This document shows positions 50,602 through 64,000 of a stretch of DNA of 64,000 nucleotides, piece by piece. Location: positions 21,144,001 through 21,208,000 of the forward strand of contig NC_087250.1 of the NCBI RefSeq assembly GCF_037042905.1, given 5' to 3'. The position numbers were made by a program, and so were the translations under genes. How positions within the stretch are numbered: position 1 is the first letter of the stretch; each line of letters opens with the position of its first letter. The notes under the pieces are model-generated. The model was not told the DNA's origin and ran no database searches. It worked only from the letters and a program-made list of their open reading frames with translations. Source of the stretch: Lytechinus pictus (lineage: Eukaryota).

Positions 50602-53600
50602 CCACTGAACTAGAGATACGTGGAATACGTGTCCCTATTCCCAACGTACACAAAGCCGTGCGGCAACGAAGAGCATCGGACTTCACGCTCGACTGAGCGC
50701 GCCGCCATTTTGCTAGGTCAATACTGGCTAGTCGACAAATGCTGCGTGAAGGCAGATGGGAGAAAGGAACGCAAAGAAAGTGTTCCTTGTGCTGTTTAAA
50801 GTTTTAGTTTGCTTTGTTACATCATGAAATATATGTTATTGAATACTTTCATAACTGAAAATGTTGATTTAGTCACATTTTTGTATTAAAGGGGAGTTAG
50901 GGGAGTAAATATACAGACATGAAATCATAAAAACTCGACCTTTTTCACGCGCACACTATGACAAAGAAAGGCCCAACAACAACTCTCTCTTATTTCTCCC
51001 CTTTATATCATCTCGATCTCCCTCTTTATTATTTTACCTTTCTCTTTGGCTTCTTTCTCTCTGATTTTCCTCTTCTTTTCATCTCTCTCTCTCTTACCTT
51101 CCCTTTCTATATATCCCCCTTATATCTCTCTTTTATTTCCCCATCTCCCTTATATCAAGCCCTCTTATCTCCCTCTCGTCTCGCCTTTCTCTCCTCACCT
51201 CTTTCTCATTCCTCGTCATTTCCCCCTTTCTCTCCCTCTCTCTCTTTGATCTTCCTCTTCTTTCCATCTCTTCTCGTTGATCGTCTGTTTCTTTTTTTCT
51301 CTCCGGCTGCATCTTTACCATTTTGCCTTTCTCATTTCAACTTTCTCTATATAAATTTTGAGTAAATATTCCCTTCCCTCCCTCTCATACTGTTCAATCA
51401 CACATTTAGGGTGAAAAATTTGATAGAAGTTTGAGGACAAGAAGGTTGTTACTTTTAATGAGCCTTCAAAGTTGGACCCTCGTGTGCTCAGCCATGAAAT
51501 ATCTACTAAGTACAGTGTATATAAAAATGGGCACAATATAATTTGAATTCTTATGAAATTTAATTTGGAAGAGCATGGATGTTGCACGACATGTGCTTAT
51601 ACATCAATACACCTTTACATAAAGGAAGGGGTGATGGATAAACAAATTCAACTCTAACAAGTTTACTAATTAGAGCACAGATCAGAAAAACATAGCAATG
51701 GTAATTCCATTTAAAAAGTTGTGGCACTAAATTTCGCTTATTTTCACATACCAGATAATTATATGCATATCCTGGTCAGTATATTAAATATTCCACATGT
51801 CAAAAATTGCACAAAAAGGCCACTACCTCTTGTCAAATATTTCCAGGGTGACCAGACGTCCCGTATTTCCCGGGATCGTCCCGTGTTTTGCTCCTTTGTC
51901 CCGGCGTCCCGACAAACCCTTTCCGGGACACCTATCTGTCCCGTATTTTTAAAATATTGAACAAAATGTAGTTGATACATTTAAAAGTGACGAATTTTCA
52001 TCAAATAACCTAACAGATGACGAAGCAGAGACAACAATAAATCGATAACTAAACTTTTGCAAAGTTTTGCGGGTGATTTTTATCCTAACCCAATAGGCCT
52101 ACATTGCAAACGAGCAGCTGCTGGCTTCCTGCCTGTGTGTGGCAGGCTCTATGCATGTAGGATCGGAGCAGATTCTCAATGGTGCAAACAATCTCACATG
52201 ATAAACAGTTTTTCCACCAATATAATCGCAAAATCGGCGGGAAATGTTTATGATCATATATTATAGATTCTCAGATTACTGATTTAATAGGAGGAACAAG
52301 TTTTTTAATTTTCATAACTGGATCTACATGTAGTTGTTTTAGCTTTCGTTTTGAGTCTTGTTGTGTAGGATGCCGGCGCTGTTTCCTCTAATTTGTAAGT
52401 TGACAATGTTTCACTTTGAAATTTTATTCATTTCTAAACCACTTAGTTTTTCAAAATTTTAAAGATAAAAAACACCAAATATATCATTGTTATTTCTGTT
52501 AGAAGATTGGATTGCTTTTGTTTGCTTGAAGTTTGAACTTTTTCCTCTTTCATTTTTATTCTTCATCCTTCTATCCTTCCTGCTTGCTTTTTTTGTTCCA
52601 TCTATCTTTTAATATTTCCTACCTTGCTTTCCTGATCCAGTCTGTGTGTTAATTTTCTTTCTTTCCTTCTTTCTCTTATCTGCCCTTTTTATCTACTTCC
52701 TTCTCCCTTCCTCACCTTTAATTTCTTTTCGTTTTTTCTCTCCTTCCATTATTTTTTTTTCATTCTCTCATCCCTCCAATCTTTCCTCCCTCTCTTTCAT
52801 TCTTTCTTTCATTCTTTATTCTATTTTTCCTTCTAATTCTTTCTTTCTTTCCCTCCTTTCCTTCCCCCTTCATGTTTTCTTCTTTCTTCGTTTCTTTCTT
52901 TCAAAGAATGAAAACATTTTTCTTTCCGGCATTCTTTGTTTCCCTTCTTTTTCTTACTTTTTCTTTCTCACCTTTATTTTGTCTGTCACACATCTTCCCT
53001 TTAATTCTTTCTTTTTCTTTCTTTCTATATTCAATGAATTCAACGAATGACGGAAACCTTTTATTCTCTTTTATTCTTTCTTTCATCGTCTTTTTAATTA
53101 TTCTAACTTTCTTTCATGTTTTCCCCTTCATTTTTTCTTTCTTCTTTCTCATTTCATTTCTTTTCTTTCTCTCCTTCATTCTTTCGTTCACCCTCCCTTC
53201 CAATTCTTTATATTTTTTCTCACAAGTATAATACTGTGTAGCCTTCTTTGATTATCTTTTTTTTATGGATTGTCCCGTATTTCATTTTTTGAAATCTGGT
53301 CACCCTGATTTAAACCCTTTTTTTAAACTACATGAATACCAGGTCCCAGTACATTGTGCATATAGAAATATGTTTGTACATGATTGGCTTAATGACATTA
53401 AAATACACTTTGCCACACTAAGTAGTACATCAGTATTAATCTTATATTTATAGAGAAAACATATTGCATCTTGCACATACTTTCAATTGCCTTCTACGGC
53501 GCGTTCTCGAACAATTGACCTAGCAAAATGGCGGCGGTCACGTGACTTATCGAGTTCGCCGGCGATGTTTTGCTTGGGTGAACACGACTTCCACGTATCT

Positions 53601-53612
53601 CTAGTTCAGTGG
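50602..53612. mobile_element. 3-kb non-autonomous TIR element
   Basis: 24-bp perfect TIR CCACTGAACTAGAGATACGTGGAA and subterminal IR GCCGCCATTTTGCTAGGTCAAT. CTCATA (or GCTCATAC) is duplicated at both ends. Confidence 0.85.
51844..53307. mobile_element. hAT-like non-autonomous element (nested)
   Basis: TIR CAGGGTGACCAGA / TCTGGTCACCCTG with subterminal GTCCCG motifs. No recognisable TSD. Confidence 0.75.
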
Positions 53613-53660
53613 CTCATACGAAGCCCCAAACCGGACATTTTTGACAACGAAAAAAAAAAA

Positions 53661-53816
53661 ATTATTACGTACGTACGTGGTATTACTACGTACGTACGTA
53701 GTAATTATTACGTACGTACGTAGTAATTATTACGTACGTACGTAGTATTTATTACGTACGTACGTAGTATTTATTACGTACGTACGTAGTATTATTACGT
53801 ACGTACGTAATATTAA
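53661..53816. repeat. 21-bp TACGTACGTACGTA minisatellite (also at 56571-56830 and 62412-62626)
   Basis: Palindromic core ATTACGTACGTACGTAAT in tandem. Confidence 0.95.
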
Positions 53817-54294
53817 TAAGCACCTCGCCGAACCTGTCGGGGAACCTGTATAGAGTTTGGATTAATATATGGATGCCAAATTTGTTCATTCATTTATTTC
53901 GATTTCCCCGCCTTTTGAGGGCTTTTGTGACTCCGGGGTGCGCGTGATTACATATTCACATTACAGCACATTGAATGATCGCTATGTGAGTTTGCTGGAC
54001 GATATGGGGAGAGCGGGGGCGGGGCCGGGTCACCTCTCCCACGTGTGATCGAGCCTCGTAGTCAGTTTAATGGCGTGGCAAGAATCAAAATTATCTATAT
54101 TGTACGGTCAAAGAAACATCGTCATAAAAATCCACTGGGGCCAGCATAGGCAGATCCAGGTGGTAAAGGGGCCGCCCCTCCCCCATTGCAATGGCGACGC
54201 GAAAAAAGGGGGAAAGAAAGAAAAAAAAAGGAAAGGAGGGAAGGGAAAGGAAAGGAAAGGATTTAAAAAAGAGGCAAATAAGAATAGGGAGCTA

Positions 54295-54978
54295 TTACAA
54301 TGCTATAAAACATTGGAATTCCCTTCCCAATGATATAAAGGAAATAAGAAACTTTTTGCATTTTAAGAGGAAATTGAAAGAATATCTTTCACTTGAGAGT
54401 CAAAAAGAAGATGCAAATGATATGTTGTACGGTTGATTTAGCCTGAATACTGACCTAGTTCTTTTCTCTTCTCTACTAGGTATTATTATGTATTTTACAT
54501 AGTTTGATTGAAGCTTCGATATGTCCTTTTTTCTATTCTTTCTATTTATTTTATCTCTTCCTATTCTCTTCTTCGTGTTGTTATTGTCGTCACGTTTTTG
54601 CTGTTGTTCTTCTGATTTATTTTCCTTCGTTATCAGTTTCTTCCGTCTCCTTCTACTCCTCGTCCCCTCTCTTCTTCTGTTCCTCCTCTTCCTTCTCCTT
54701 CTTTTCTTCTTCTTCGTTATATTCTTGTATATATCTTATTTATTGTCTATATATCTTATTTATTGGTAATAGTGAATTCTGATTTTTTTTCTTCATTTTT
54801 AATATGTAAATAGTATAATTTTACCATTTTATTAGCTTAATTCTGTATATTGAGGACCCCACTGGAAATAAGCTTTCGAGCTTTCATGGGTCATCCTGTG
54901 CAAGCCTGTTGTTTTAATGCTACTGTATATATGTTATGGTGACTTGCCAAATAAAATCAATCAATCAATCAATCAATC
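54295..54978 (+). mobile_element. 5'-truncated L2/Crack LINE 3' end inserted in the left arm
   Basis: YNAIKHWNSLPNDIKEI..FKRKLK, 3' stem-loop, AATAAA plus (TCAA)n tail, TSD GAGCTA. Absent from the right arm. Confidence 0.88.
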
Positions 54979-57113
54979 GAGCTAGACGAGTGAATGAAAA
55001 TAAGGTGAGGGGAAAACTTTGAAAATAAAAAAATCTTGATCATGCAGCTATATACAGTATATAAATTTTTTGCTCTTGCTCCGCGCTCTCGTTGCCTGTT
55101 ATGAGATAGGCCTACATATATCTTGCTCAACAGGCTGAAATGGAGATAAACAAAACATATTCAGCTCGGACATCGAGCTTTTATTTATTTTGTGTAATTT
55201 ACAAATTGATTTTTAAGTGCTCTGTATTTTTTTTTAATGCATGGTCTGCATCTCAAAATATCTCAGCTCGAGCTTCGCCCTCGCGCATTATTCATGTGGG
55301 AAATTAACCATCCTTTTCATGAAAATATGACTAGAGTATATAGGCCTATCCTATTTCGGGATTTAAATTTCAAACTTTGCGCTCGCATCAATCTGCCTAT
55401 ATCATGTTCATAATTATAAAAAAAGGTGCTTAGAATGTCCAGTTTTTAGGTCCGAATATCAATTTTTTGCATTTTTTTTCTCGGGCACTTTAATCTTTAA
55501 AAGGGCACCGACAAAAGTTTAAGATTTAGATAGCAGTATAACTAAACAATTTATTGATGCGAGCGGAAAAAAGTTTGAGATCGAGATCTAAAAACTGAAT
55601 ATTATATTTTTAATTATGAAAAGGATGGTTATCTTCCTTTATGAATAATGCGAGCGCGAAGGAATACAAATAATGCAACTAAACAATAATTGATGCGGCG
55701 AGCGCAAAGCACGAGCGGAAAAAGTGTGAGATTTAAGAAAACGGGATACTCTATTTTGTTACTATATATTTTTTTAACCTAGTTTTTAATTTAATGACAG
55801 GCCGAATGAGAACGCGAAATTTTGGAATTCATACAGAAGTATTCTCACTAACCAAAACACGAGCTCGCAGTGCTAGTTGATATTTTTTTACAATAAGACC
55901 TGAACAATAGACCATCTTGAGAACTTTATGGAATACACGAAGAAGGACCTAGTTCACGTTTCAAATAATGCGAGTGCATATCAGACAAAATAATGAATGC
56001 TCTATGTCTGAAATGGAATATGTTTGTGTACTGACTTAAAATTGAATATTTTAAGCTCCATATCAACCTCTATAAATTGACATGAAAGATTACTTTTTCA
56101 AAGTCTTCGACTGCCCCCCTCATTTTATTCACTCGTGACCCGTCTTCATTATTTCTTTTTACCCTCTCCTTTCCTTTTTTTTCTTTTTGAGTCCCGAAGT
56201 TTTCTTACTGCGCCGCCAATAGGGGGAAGGGGGGGGGGGCGCTTTCCTTTTCTCTTGGATCCGCCTTTGCTGACCCCTGCACTTAACAAAAAATCTTTTA
56301 GGATGTTGGTGATAATAGCAATGTTTCTATGAACGTACATTATGCTAATTTTTATGTTCTTGTTACTCCACAAACTGACTTAGCTCGATCACATAATGTA
56401 TCAATATTATAATGCCAACACTATTATGGGAGGGGTGACCCCCTTAAGTGTCCAGCAGATCTATAGTCACAAAAGGTGTGGAAATCGAAAGATTGACATC
56501 CATCAAAAGTAGTCAAAATCTATAGTCCGACTGTCATTGATCTGTTAAGATTACAGGTTCGACGAGGTGCTTATTACGTACGTACGTGATGAATATTACG
56601 TACGTACGTGATAATACTACGTACGTACGTGATAATACTACGTACGTACGTGATAATACTACGTACGTACGTGATAATACTACGTACGTACGTGATAATA
56701 CTACGTACGTACGTGATAAATATTACGTACGTACGTAATAATACTACGTACGTACGTGATAATACTACGTACGTACATAATAAATACTACGTACGTACGT
56801 AATAAATACTACGTACGTACGTAATAATTAAATGCTAAATAAATCCCTTTTGTTCAGGTCTGATTGCAAAAATATATCAGCTAGCACTACGCGCTCGCAT
56901 TTTGGTTAGTGAGAATACTTCTGTATGAATTCCAAAATTTCGCGTTCTCATTTAGCCTATTATTAAATGAAAAAAAAAATCCTTTTTATGAATTCATAAT
57001 CCTTATTGTCTCTTTTTTCAGATCGGAATATCAACAATATTTTCAGCTCGCCCTTAGGTAGAGGAACTAATAATAGTTATCCTTTTCATATGATGACAAA
57101 ATGTGCTTAGAAT

Positions 57114-59742
57114 GGTGAATTATCGGATGGTCTAATACCACATGGTCTATTATCAGTTCGTCTAACTTCACATGGTCTAAACTCATTTCGTCTACAACCA
57201 GTTCGTCTAATATCCAATTCGTCTAATTCCCACTTGGTCTAATATCCAATTCGTCTAATTTCCATTTGGGCTAATAACCAGTTGGGCTAATTTCCACTTG
57301 GTCTAATATCCAATTCGTCTAATTCCCACTTGGTCTAATATCCAATTGGTCTAATGAGCAGTTGGGCTAAAACCATTTAGTCTAATTTTCAGTTGGTCTA
57401 ACACCACTTGGTCTAATTTCCACTTTGGCTAATTTCCACTTGGTCTAATTATCACTTTGTCTAATTGCCACATGGTCTAATGACCGTTTGGTCTAATTTC
57501 CACTTGGTCTAATTTCCATTTAGTCTAATTTCCACTTGGTCTGATAGCCAAATGGTCTAATAACCAGTTGGGCTAATCGTCACTTGGTCTAATTTCCATT
57601 TGGTCTAATTCACACTTGGTCTAATGTCCATTTATTCTAATATAGCATCATTATTATTCATTTTATCTAGAATTAGCAAATATGGTACGTAATGGATAAA
57701 TACCATGCATCAGTTAATACATATCGCCAGGATCCGGAGGGGTAGAGCTGGTGGGCGAAAAAACCTCACCGTGAAGGACTATCGATGACAAGATAGTCGC
57801 TCATCAAATTAATTATTCTAATAAAATAATTCTCATAATTAGGCCTGTTTATCGATTATAAGATGATGATAAAAATTATATCATACTCATAATCATTACA
57901 TCACCGCATGCACATTTACAGAACAATAAGTTGGGGACCTTGTAGCTTATAATGGTCGAATGGCGGGGTTTCATCAGAATAAAATTATTATGAAGAAAGG
58001 AACGAAAATATAATGTAATTGATTATGTGGATACGTATCTGGTAAACATGTTTATGCCTCTTTTAAATCATTGTTATGCACCATTACGGACGATACTTGA
58101 ACTTGATGGCCTAGTTATGCAGTTTGGGGGATTCCAAAACTTACAAAGCCATTAGATCATGCAATTTTGTTATGAATATTTGTTTAGTTATTTCAATAGT
58201 AAGACCAGTTAGATATAGTTTGATAACACTATACAGGTCTATTGGGTTAGCTGCGACAACATCACTGCGACCATCTTGGTAGCAGCCACATAATTCTGAC
58301 GTGTAATAACATAGTATACATGTAGTCTACGCTTGCAGACCTTTATCAGTTATCACCACAGTAGTCATTCATCTTATATATCTTCTCATTCTGTTTTTGT
58401 TCTACTTCTTTGCCTCTTCCTTAAAATGGATTGGCAAGGTTCCCACCCCATCAGGGAAATCAAGGAAATCAGGGATTTTTTAAAAACGTTTTTCCAGTCA
58501 GGGATTGCCTCAAATCCGGGGAAAATGCCTCAAATGACGGCAAAATCAGGGAATTTTGATCGGCCCAAAAGTCGAAAGCATGATAGTCAGTGAGACTCTG
58601 TTATATTTTGTTGTATATTAAAACAACATTCATTGAATGACATGTTATGGTGGTTTTTTTTAGTGTAGCCTCTTCTACTACAATACAAGTATAGGCCTAC
58701 TGGTACATTAATTATACATGCATAACTAAACTAATAATAATACATGTAATTCACTGCAACAACTTAGAAAACATGAGAAACTGGGAATGGGTTTAAATGA
58801 TTATTAAGGAATTTTTAAACTTCATTAGAGATATCAGGGATTTTTGTTTTCTTGAAAAGTTGGGAACCATGATTGGGATAAGCCAGCGTTAACTATCTAC
58901 AGTAGATCGTATACATAGAGGTGAATAAATAAACATATTTTTCACCTCTATATTAGCATTATTTTACAGAAAAATAGCAAATTTTGTTGTTTTCACCAAA
59001 ACCTTCAAAAATCCCCTGAAACAGACAAAAAAATCCCCAAAGTTTGTTTAATCCCTAAATAATTTTTTTCGTCCCCACAGGCTCTCGAAAATCCCCATAT
59101 TTTCAAAATTCAGTTGGGGACGAAATATACGTCACTCTAACTGTACTCCAATATCGAGGGGCGCGCATGTGAAGATTCGAAGCCGGCGCGCGGAAAGTAA
59201 CTTTAAAAATTTCACCAGAAAATTGAAAAGAAGTCACCATGCAGATTTTACAAATTAGACCAAATGGCGTGTAGACGAAATGAATGTTAGACTATCTGGA
59301 AATTAGACCAAGTGGAAATTAGCCGAAGTGGAAATTAGACCAACTGCACATTAGACCAACTGCACATTAGACCAAATGAATAATAGACCAAGTGAGGATT
59401 AGACCAACTGGTATTAGACCTACTAATATAAGCCCAACCGACTATTAGACGAACTGGTATTAGACCAAATGAAATTAGACCAAGTGAAAATAAAATAAAT
59501 TAGACGAAATGGCAATTAGACCAAATGAAAATTAGACCAAGTGACGATTAGCCCAACTGGGCATTAGACCAAGTGGCTATTAGACGAAGTGGTCATTAGA
59601 CCAAGTGGCCATTAGACCAAGTGGATATTAGACCAAGTGGTCATTAGACCAAAAGAGAATTGGACTAAGTGGGTTTAGCCCGAATGTTGTTAGCCCATCT
59701 GATGATTAGACCAAGTGATAATAGACCATCCGTCAGTAAACC
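57114..59742. mobile_element. Merlin-like non-autonomous element with inverted minisatellite arms
   Basis: Imperfect GGT...ACC TIRs and exact 8-bp TSD CTTAGAAT. ~18-bp TTGGTCTAA arrays (57140-57640) face TTAGACCAA arrays (59255-59730). Confidence 0.75.
58435..58871. mobile_element. hAT-like MITE (nested)
   Basis: CAAGGTTCCCA / TGGGAACCATG with subterminal ATCAGGGA repeats. Confidence 0.65.
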
Positions 59743-60119
59743 CTTAGAATGTCCCGTTTCTATGTTAAATAAATATAGTAACAAAATAGAGTATCCCGTT
59801 TTCTTAAATCTCACACTTTTTCCGCTCGTGCTTTGCGCTCGCCGCATCAATTATTGTTTAGTTGCATATTTTGTATTCCTTCGCGCTCGCATTATTCATA
59901 AAGGAAGATAACTACCCTTTTCATAATTAAAAAATATAATATTCAGTTTTTAGATCTCAAATCTCAAACTTTTTCCGCTCGCATCAATAAATTGTTTAGT
60001 TATACTGCTATCTAAATCTTAAACTTTTGTCGGTGCCCTTTAAAGATTAAAGTGCCCGAAAAAAAGCAAAAAATTGATATTCGGACATAAAAACTGGACA
60101 TTCTAAGCACTTTTTTTAA

Positions 60120-61564
60120 AGTTGAATTAAGAAGGGGGTGAGTTTCCATAAATATAGGTTCTACACACAATATATAGTATATATAAGTAGTTCAAACAGA
60201 TAGCATGTCACAAAAATCCTCTGCCTTCTCGATATTTTGCTTTGAAAGTCTATGAAATTAGCCACCTGTCAGAGCCCGAGAGACGAGTGTACAGAAAAGC
60301 CACTCGGAGTGTGACGTCACCGGGGGGAATTTAGTATAAGAGGTGCCTGAATGTCATACAGAAATGCTATGCAGAGAGAGAAAGATATTTTACAATTTTT
60401 TTTCAAAGCAACTCAAATCAAACAAATAGGACTGATATGTACAAATCTTTACTTTCCCTGTATAAAAAACAGTATGAATAACCATCATGAACTCTTCAAT
60501 CATGATGTAAGATAGCAAACAGTGAGTTATTGAATGATATTTTCACTATTTCTTATTTATTTTATCACGATGTTCAATCAAGTGAATAGCTGGAAAGTAA
60601 TTCCGGCGGCTAGCTCAGCTCTCGCTCAGCGCGCGCTGAACGCATAATACTAGTACACACAGTACAACACCCAGGCATTGAGTGTACTGTTATGGTCTGG
60701 TATGTCGACTTAGTTCATGGCCGTGCAGCGATCCCCTGGCGTTTTTTCTTCTTTTCTTTTGTCTTTGACTCCACTTTTATATCCTCTGGATCATTTCCAC
60801 TCATAGCTCATTCCACAGAACAATCTTGAACCAAACGTATTATTCTTTCTCGGCCTTCTGAGTTGTTTTCTATATTTAATTACGCTAGGGGTCACCGTCA
60901 CACATACAAACGCAATTCGCAAGTGAGTTGAAGACAGAGAGATATAATCTATGGTTGAAGACAACAAGAAAGGTATGCGGTACGGTGTAGCTCGACAGCT
61001 AGCTGCGCCGGAGCGGGCGGCCGGTCGGCACAAAGCAATTCCGCAACCAACTGTGTTTTTTGCAAGAGCCGCGTCACACGCGGATAAATATGTCATAATA
61101 ACACGTCTGCTACGTTATCGACTGGTGAGAAGATCTCGATCAAATTTCATATTATTCACCTTGAAATTATTCCTTTAGGGTCTATGGTATCATTCTGAGG
61201 GAATTTACATATTTGGAATAATAGTACGGCCACAAATATTTTAATCATTTCCTCTTTGCAAGTTCTATGGCTCGCAGATACAACTTCAACTGCAGTTATT
61301 CCATATGAAGGCGTACAAAGCGGCACTGCCTTGTTTACTACACCGGGACCGAATACCCCCCGGTGACGTCACACTCAAAGAACACCCGTCTCGGTAGGCA
61401 TTGCAGGAGCGAACTCAGGGAAAATGGGTAGGGATAAATCGTTCAAATTCACTATTTTGAAAAAAGAAAATGGGGGGTCGAATCACCTCTTAGTGTTTGG
61501 GGGGTTGTAAGGTTGCTATTAATGTAAATATCTCAATATTTGGAATCGTCTTCTTAATTCAACT
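60120..61564. mobile_element. Kolobok-like non-autonomous element inserted in the right arm
   Basis: TTAA|AGTTGAATTAAGAAG ... CTTCTTAATTCAACT|TTAA, internal IR GTGTGACGTCACCGGGGG. Absent from the left arm. Confidence 0.88.
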
Positions 61565-64000
61565 TTAAATAATTATGATCACGATATAGGCAGATTGATG
61601 TGTGCGCAAAGTTTGAAATTTAAATCCCAAAATAGGATATAGGCCTATATTCTCTAGTCGTATTTTCATGAAAAGGATATATTTTCCCACATGAATAATG
61701 CGCGTGGGCGAAGCTCGAGCTGAGATATTTCGAGATGCAGACCATTAAAAAAATACAGAGCACTTAAAAATGAATTTGTAAATTACACAAAATAAATAAA
61801 TCTCCATGTCTGAGCTGAATATGTTTTGTTTATCTCCATTTCAGCCTGTTGAGTAAGATATGTAGGCCTATCTCATAACAGGCAACGAGAGCGCGGAGCA
61901 AGAGCAAAAAAAATTATATACTATGTAGCTGCATGATCAAGATTTTTTTATTTTCAAAGTTTTCCCCTCACCTTATTTTCATTCACTCGTCTCCCTATTG
62001 TTATTTGCCTCTTTCCTTTCCCTTCCCTCTCCTTTTTTTTTCTTTCTTTCCCCCTCTTTTCGCGTCGCCAATGGAGGAGGGGCGGCCCCTTTACCACGTA
62101 GTGGATCTGCCTATGCTGGCCCCTGGATTTTTATGACGATGTTTCTTTGACCGTACAATATAGTTAATTTTGATTCTTACCACGCCACAAAGTGACTACA
62201 AAGCTCGATCACACGTACGTGGGAGAGGTGACCCCCGCCCCCCGCTCCCCATATCGTCCAGCAAACTCACATAGCGATCATTCAATGTGCTGTAATGTGA
62301 ATATGTAGTCACACCCAGGAGTCACAAAAGGCGGGGAAATTGAAAAATTTGACATCCATAAATTAATCCAAACTCTATATACAGGTTCCTCGACAGGTTC
62401 GGCGAGGTGCTTATTATGTACGTACGTAATAAATACTACGTACGTACGTAATAATACTACGTACGTACGTAATAAATACTACGTACGTACGTAATAATTA
62501 CTACGTACGTACGTAATAATACTACGTACGTACGTAATAATACCACGTACGTACGTAATAATTACTACGTACGTACGTAATAATACTACGTACGTACGTA
62601 ATAATACCACGTACGTACGTAATAATTTTTTTTTTTTCGTTGTCAAACATGTCCGGTTTGGGGCTTCGTATGCTCATCATCCATAAATAAACAAATCGAT
62701 TTCATTTTTGCACAGAATTCCGCCCACAGGATGATAAACATTACTGTCAAATGACATTGATTAAGACAGCTTTGAAAGAAAGTTCCACCATATTAAATGA
62801 GGGGTTACTTATTCTTAAAGGTCCTATGACACCAATTCCATCTCATCTAGATACATATCTATTATTAGGTAGTTTTACTTGAAAAATACGAATTTGCCAT
62901 CGGTTCCTGTGTACGACGAACTGGTGTTGAGTTATTCCATGGAAATTAACTTCAACGGGAACGCCCACTAAAATTTTCGAAAGAGTCCGACCGATCGACC
63001 TGTCAATCATTGTGACGTCATCGAAGGAAGGCTTTCCCAGCTGTGCAGCCGGACCCCTAGTTATTGTACACGTTCCTCGTGTAGTTGCTGTTTCGAACGA
63101 GCTCATCCTTAACGGATTTTTTAAAGATTTTTATGATGTTTTGATCATGGCTGCAGCATCGTCATCAGCTGCGTCTGATTCTTCAGACTTTGAAGATTCA
63201 GGTTCTGAATATTATTCCAGCAATTCAATTTATTTACTTTGGATCCACATGTGCAACCAAAATAAACACTTCACGCTCCGAACGTGAACAACACTCAGCA
63301 GCTTCCTTCCCTGACGTCATAATTGTCACGTGATATATACGAAACCAAATCTGGCTGAATTTTTTTGGGAGGGGCGAATTTGGCTCAATTTTCAATATAA
63401 AACTGCCTTTGAACCTGATGTGGGATATTTTTGGGTAAAATTTTGATGGAATCGTAATTAGTAACTACTAAGCTAACGAATAAGTCAGCATCTTTGCTGT
63501 ATTTCATGGCACCTTTAAACATATTCACCCATAGTGTACAAAATGTATATGACAGAGGAAACCAAAATTTTAATAAAATGGAAATGAGGGTTTGTTTCAT
63601 AGACGGTTTTTGTTACTTTTGCCAACTTTTTTCCATGAAACTTTGCCCATGGCATCAGTGTGACACTATCCAAAAAGTGCGCACACTAAAATAATCATTC
63701 GGTACAGCACAGTGTGGGAACAAGGCCTTGAACTTTCTTCGTTTTTGCATAATTTTCGAATATATTGTGCTCACTGAAGCATAATGCACCGGGATTTCAT
63801 AAAAATTATATCAAATGAACTATGCAAGAAGGTTTGTGACAGATATCCATAGTTAGCAATTGCATTTTTCCCAATAGAGTAAAAAAAAAAGAGCTATTCA
63901 CATTCCTCATGTTCATTCAAGCGGGAATGTTTAATTTAAACGCCTTTGAATCACTGAAACATGTTAATTTGTCATGAACTTAACGAAAAAAAGTTGATAA

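Larger units (their letters stand above)
53617..62670. mobile_element. 9-kb fold-back element, IS3EU-type termini, with (TACG) minisatellite ends
   Basis: Termini TACGAAGCCCCAAACCGGACAT / ATGTCCGGTTTGGGGCTTCGTA. Flanks GGCTCA/TGCTCA (5/6). About 1.5 kb of inverted arm homology once nested inserts are removed. Confidence 0.85.

Noticed and set aside
56608..56802. (IILRTYV)n repeat protein
   Set aside because: It is the translation of the 21-bp TACG minisatellite.

Overview
Gene-poor, AT-rich eukaryotic (metazoan) DNA made up almost entirely of nested transposon remains. The repeat repertoire suggests an echinoderm such as a sea urchin; that is an inference. No intact protein-coding gene is supported. 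Recognisable coding remnants are a CR1/L2-group LINE RT (6.0-8.35 kb), a Penelope-like element with RT/GIY-YIG and a minimal hammerhead ribozyme (20.7-23.1 kb), a CR1-type ORF1/APE fragment, Tc1 and L1/Tx1 fragments, and a possible hAT transposase first exon. The most striking structures are two large fold-back elements (15089-19356 and 53617-62670). Both have TAY...RTA termini, 6-bp target-site duplications (IS3EU-type signature) and subterminal minisatellites built on palindromic cores. There is also a small fold-back MITE carrying a complete tRNA-like cloverleaf with a UCA anticodon and a T6 terminator (23582-23659). Many hAT-, Kolobok-, Harbinger-, Tc1-, Merlin- and Helentron-type MITEs are stacked inside one another. 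One candidate host terminal exon lies on the minus strand (48779-48865). Superfamily assignments rest on terminus and TSD signatures read by eye, not on database searches.
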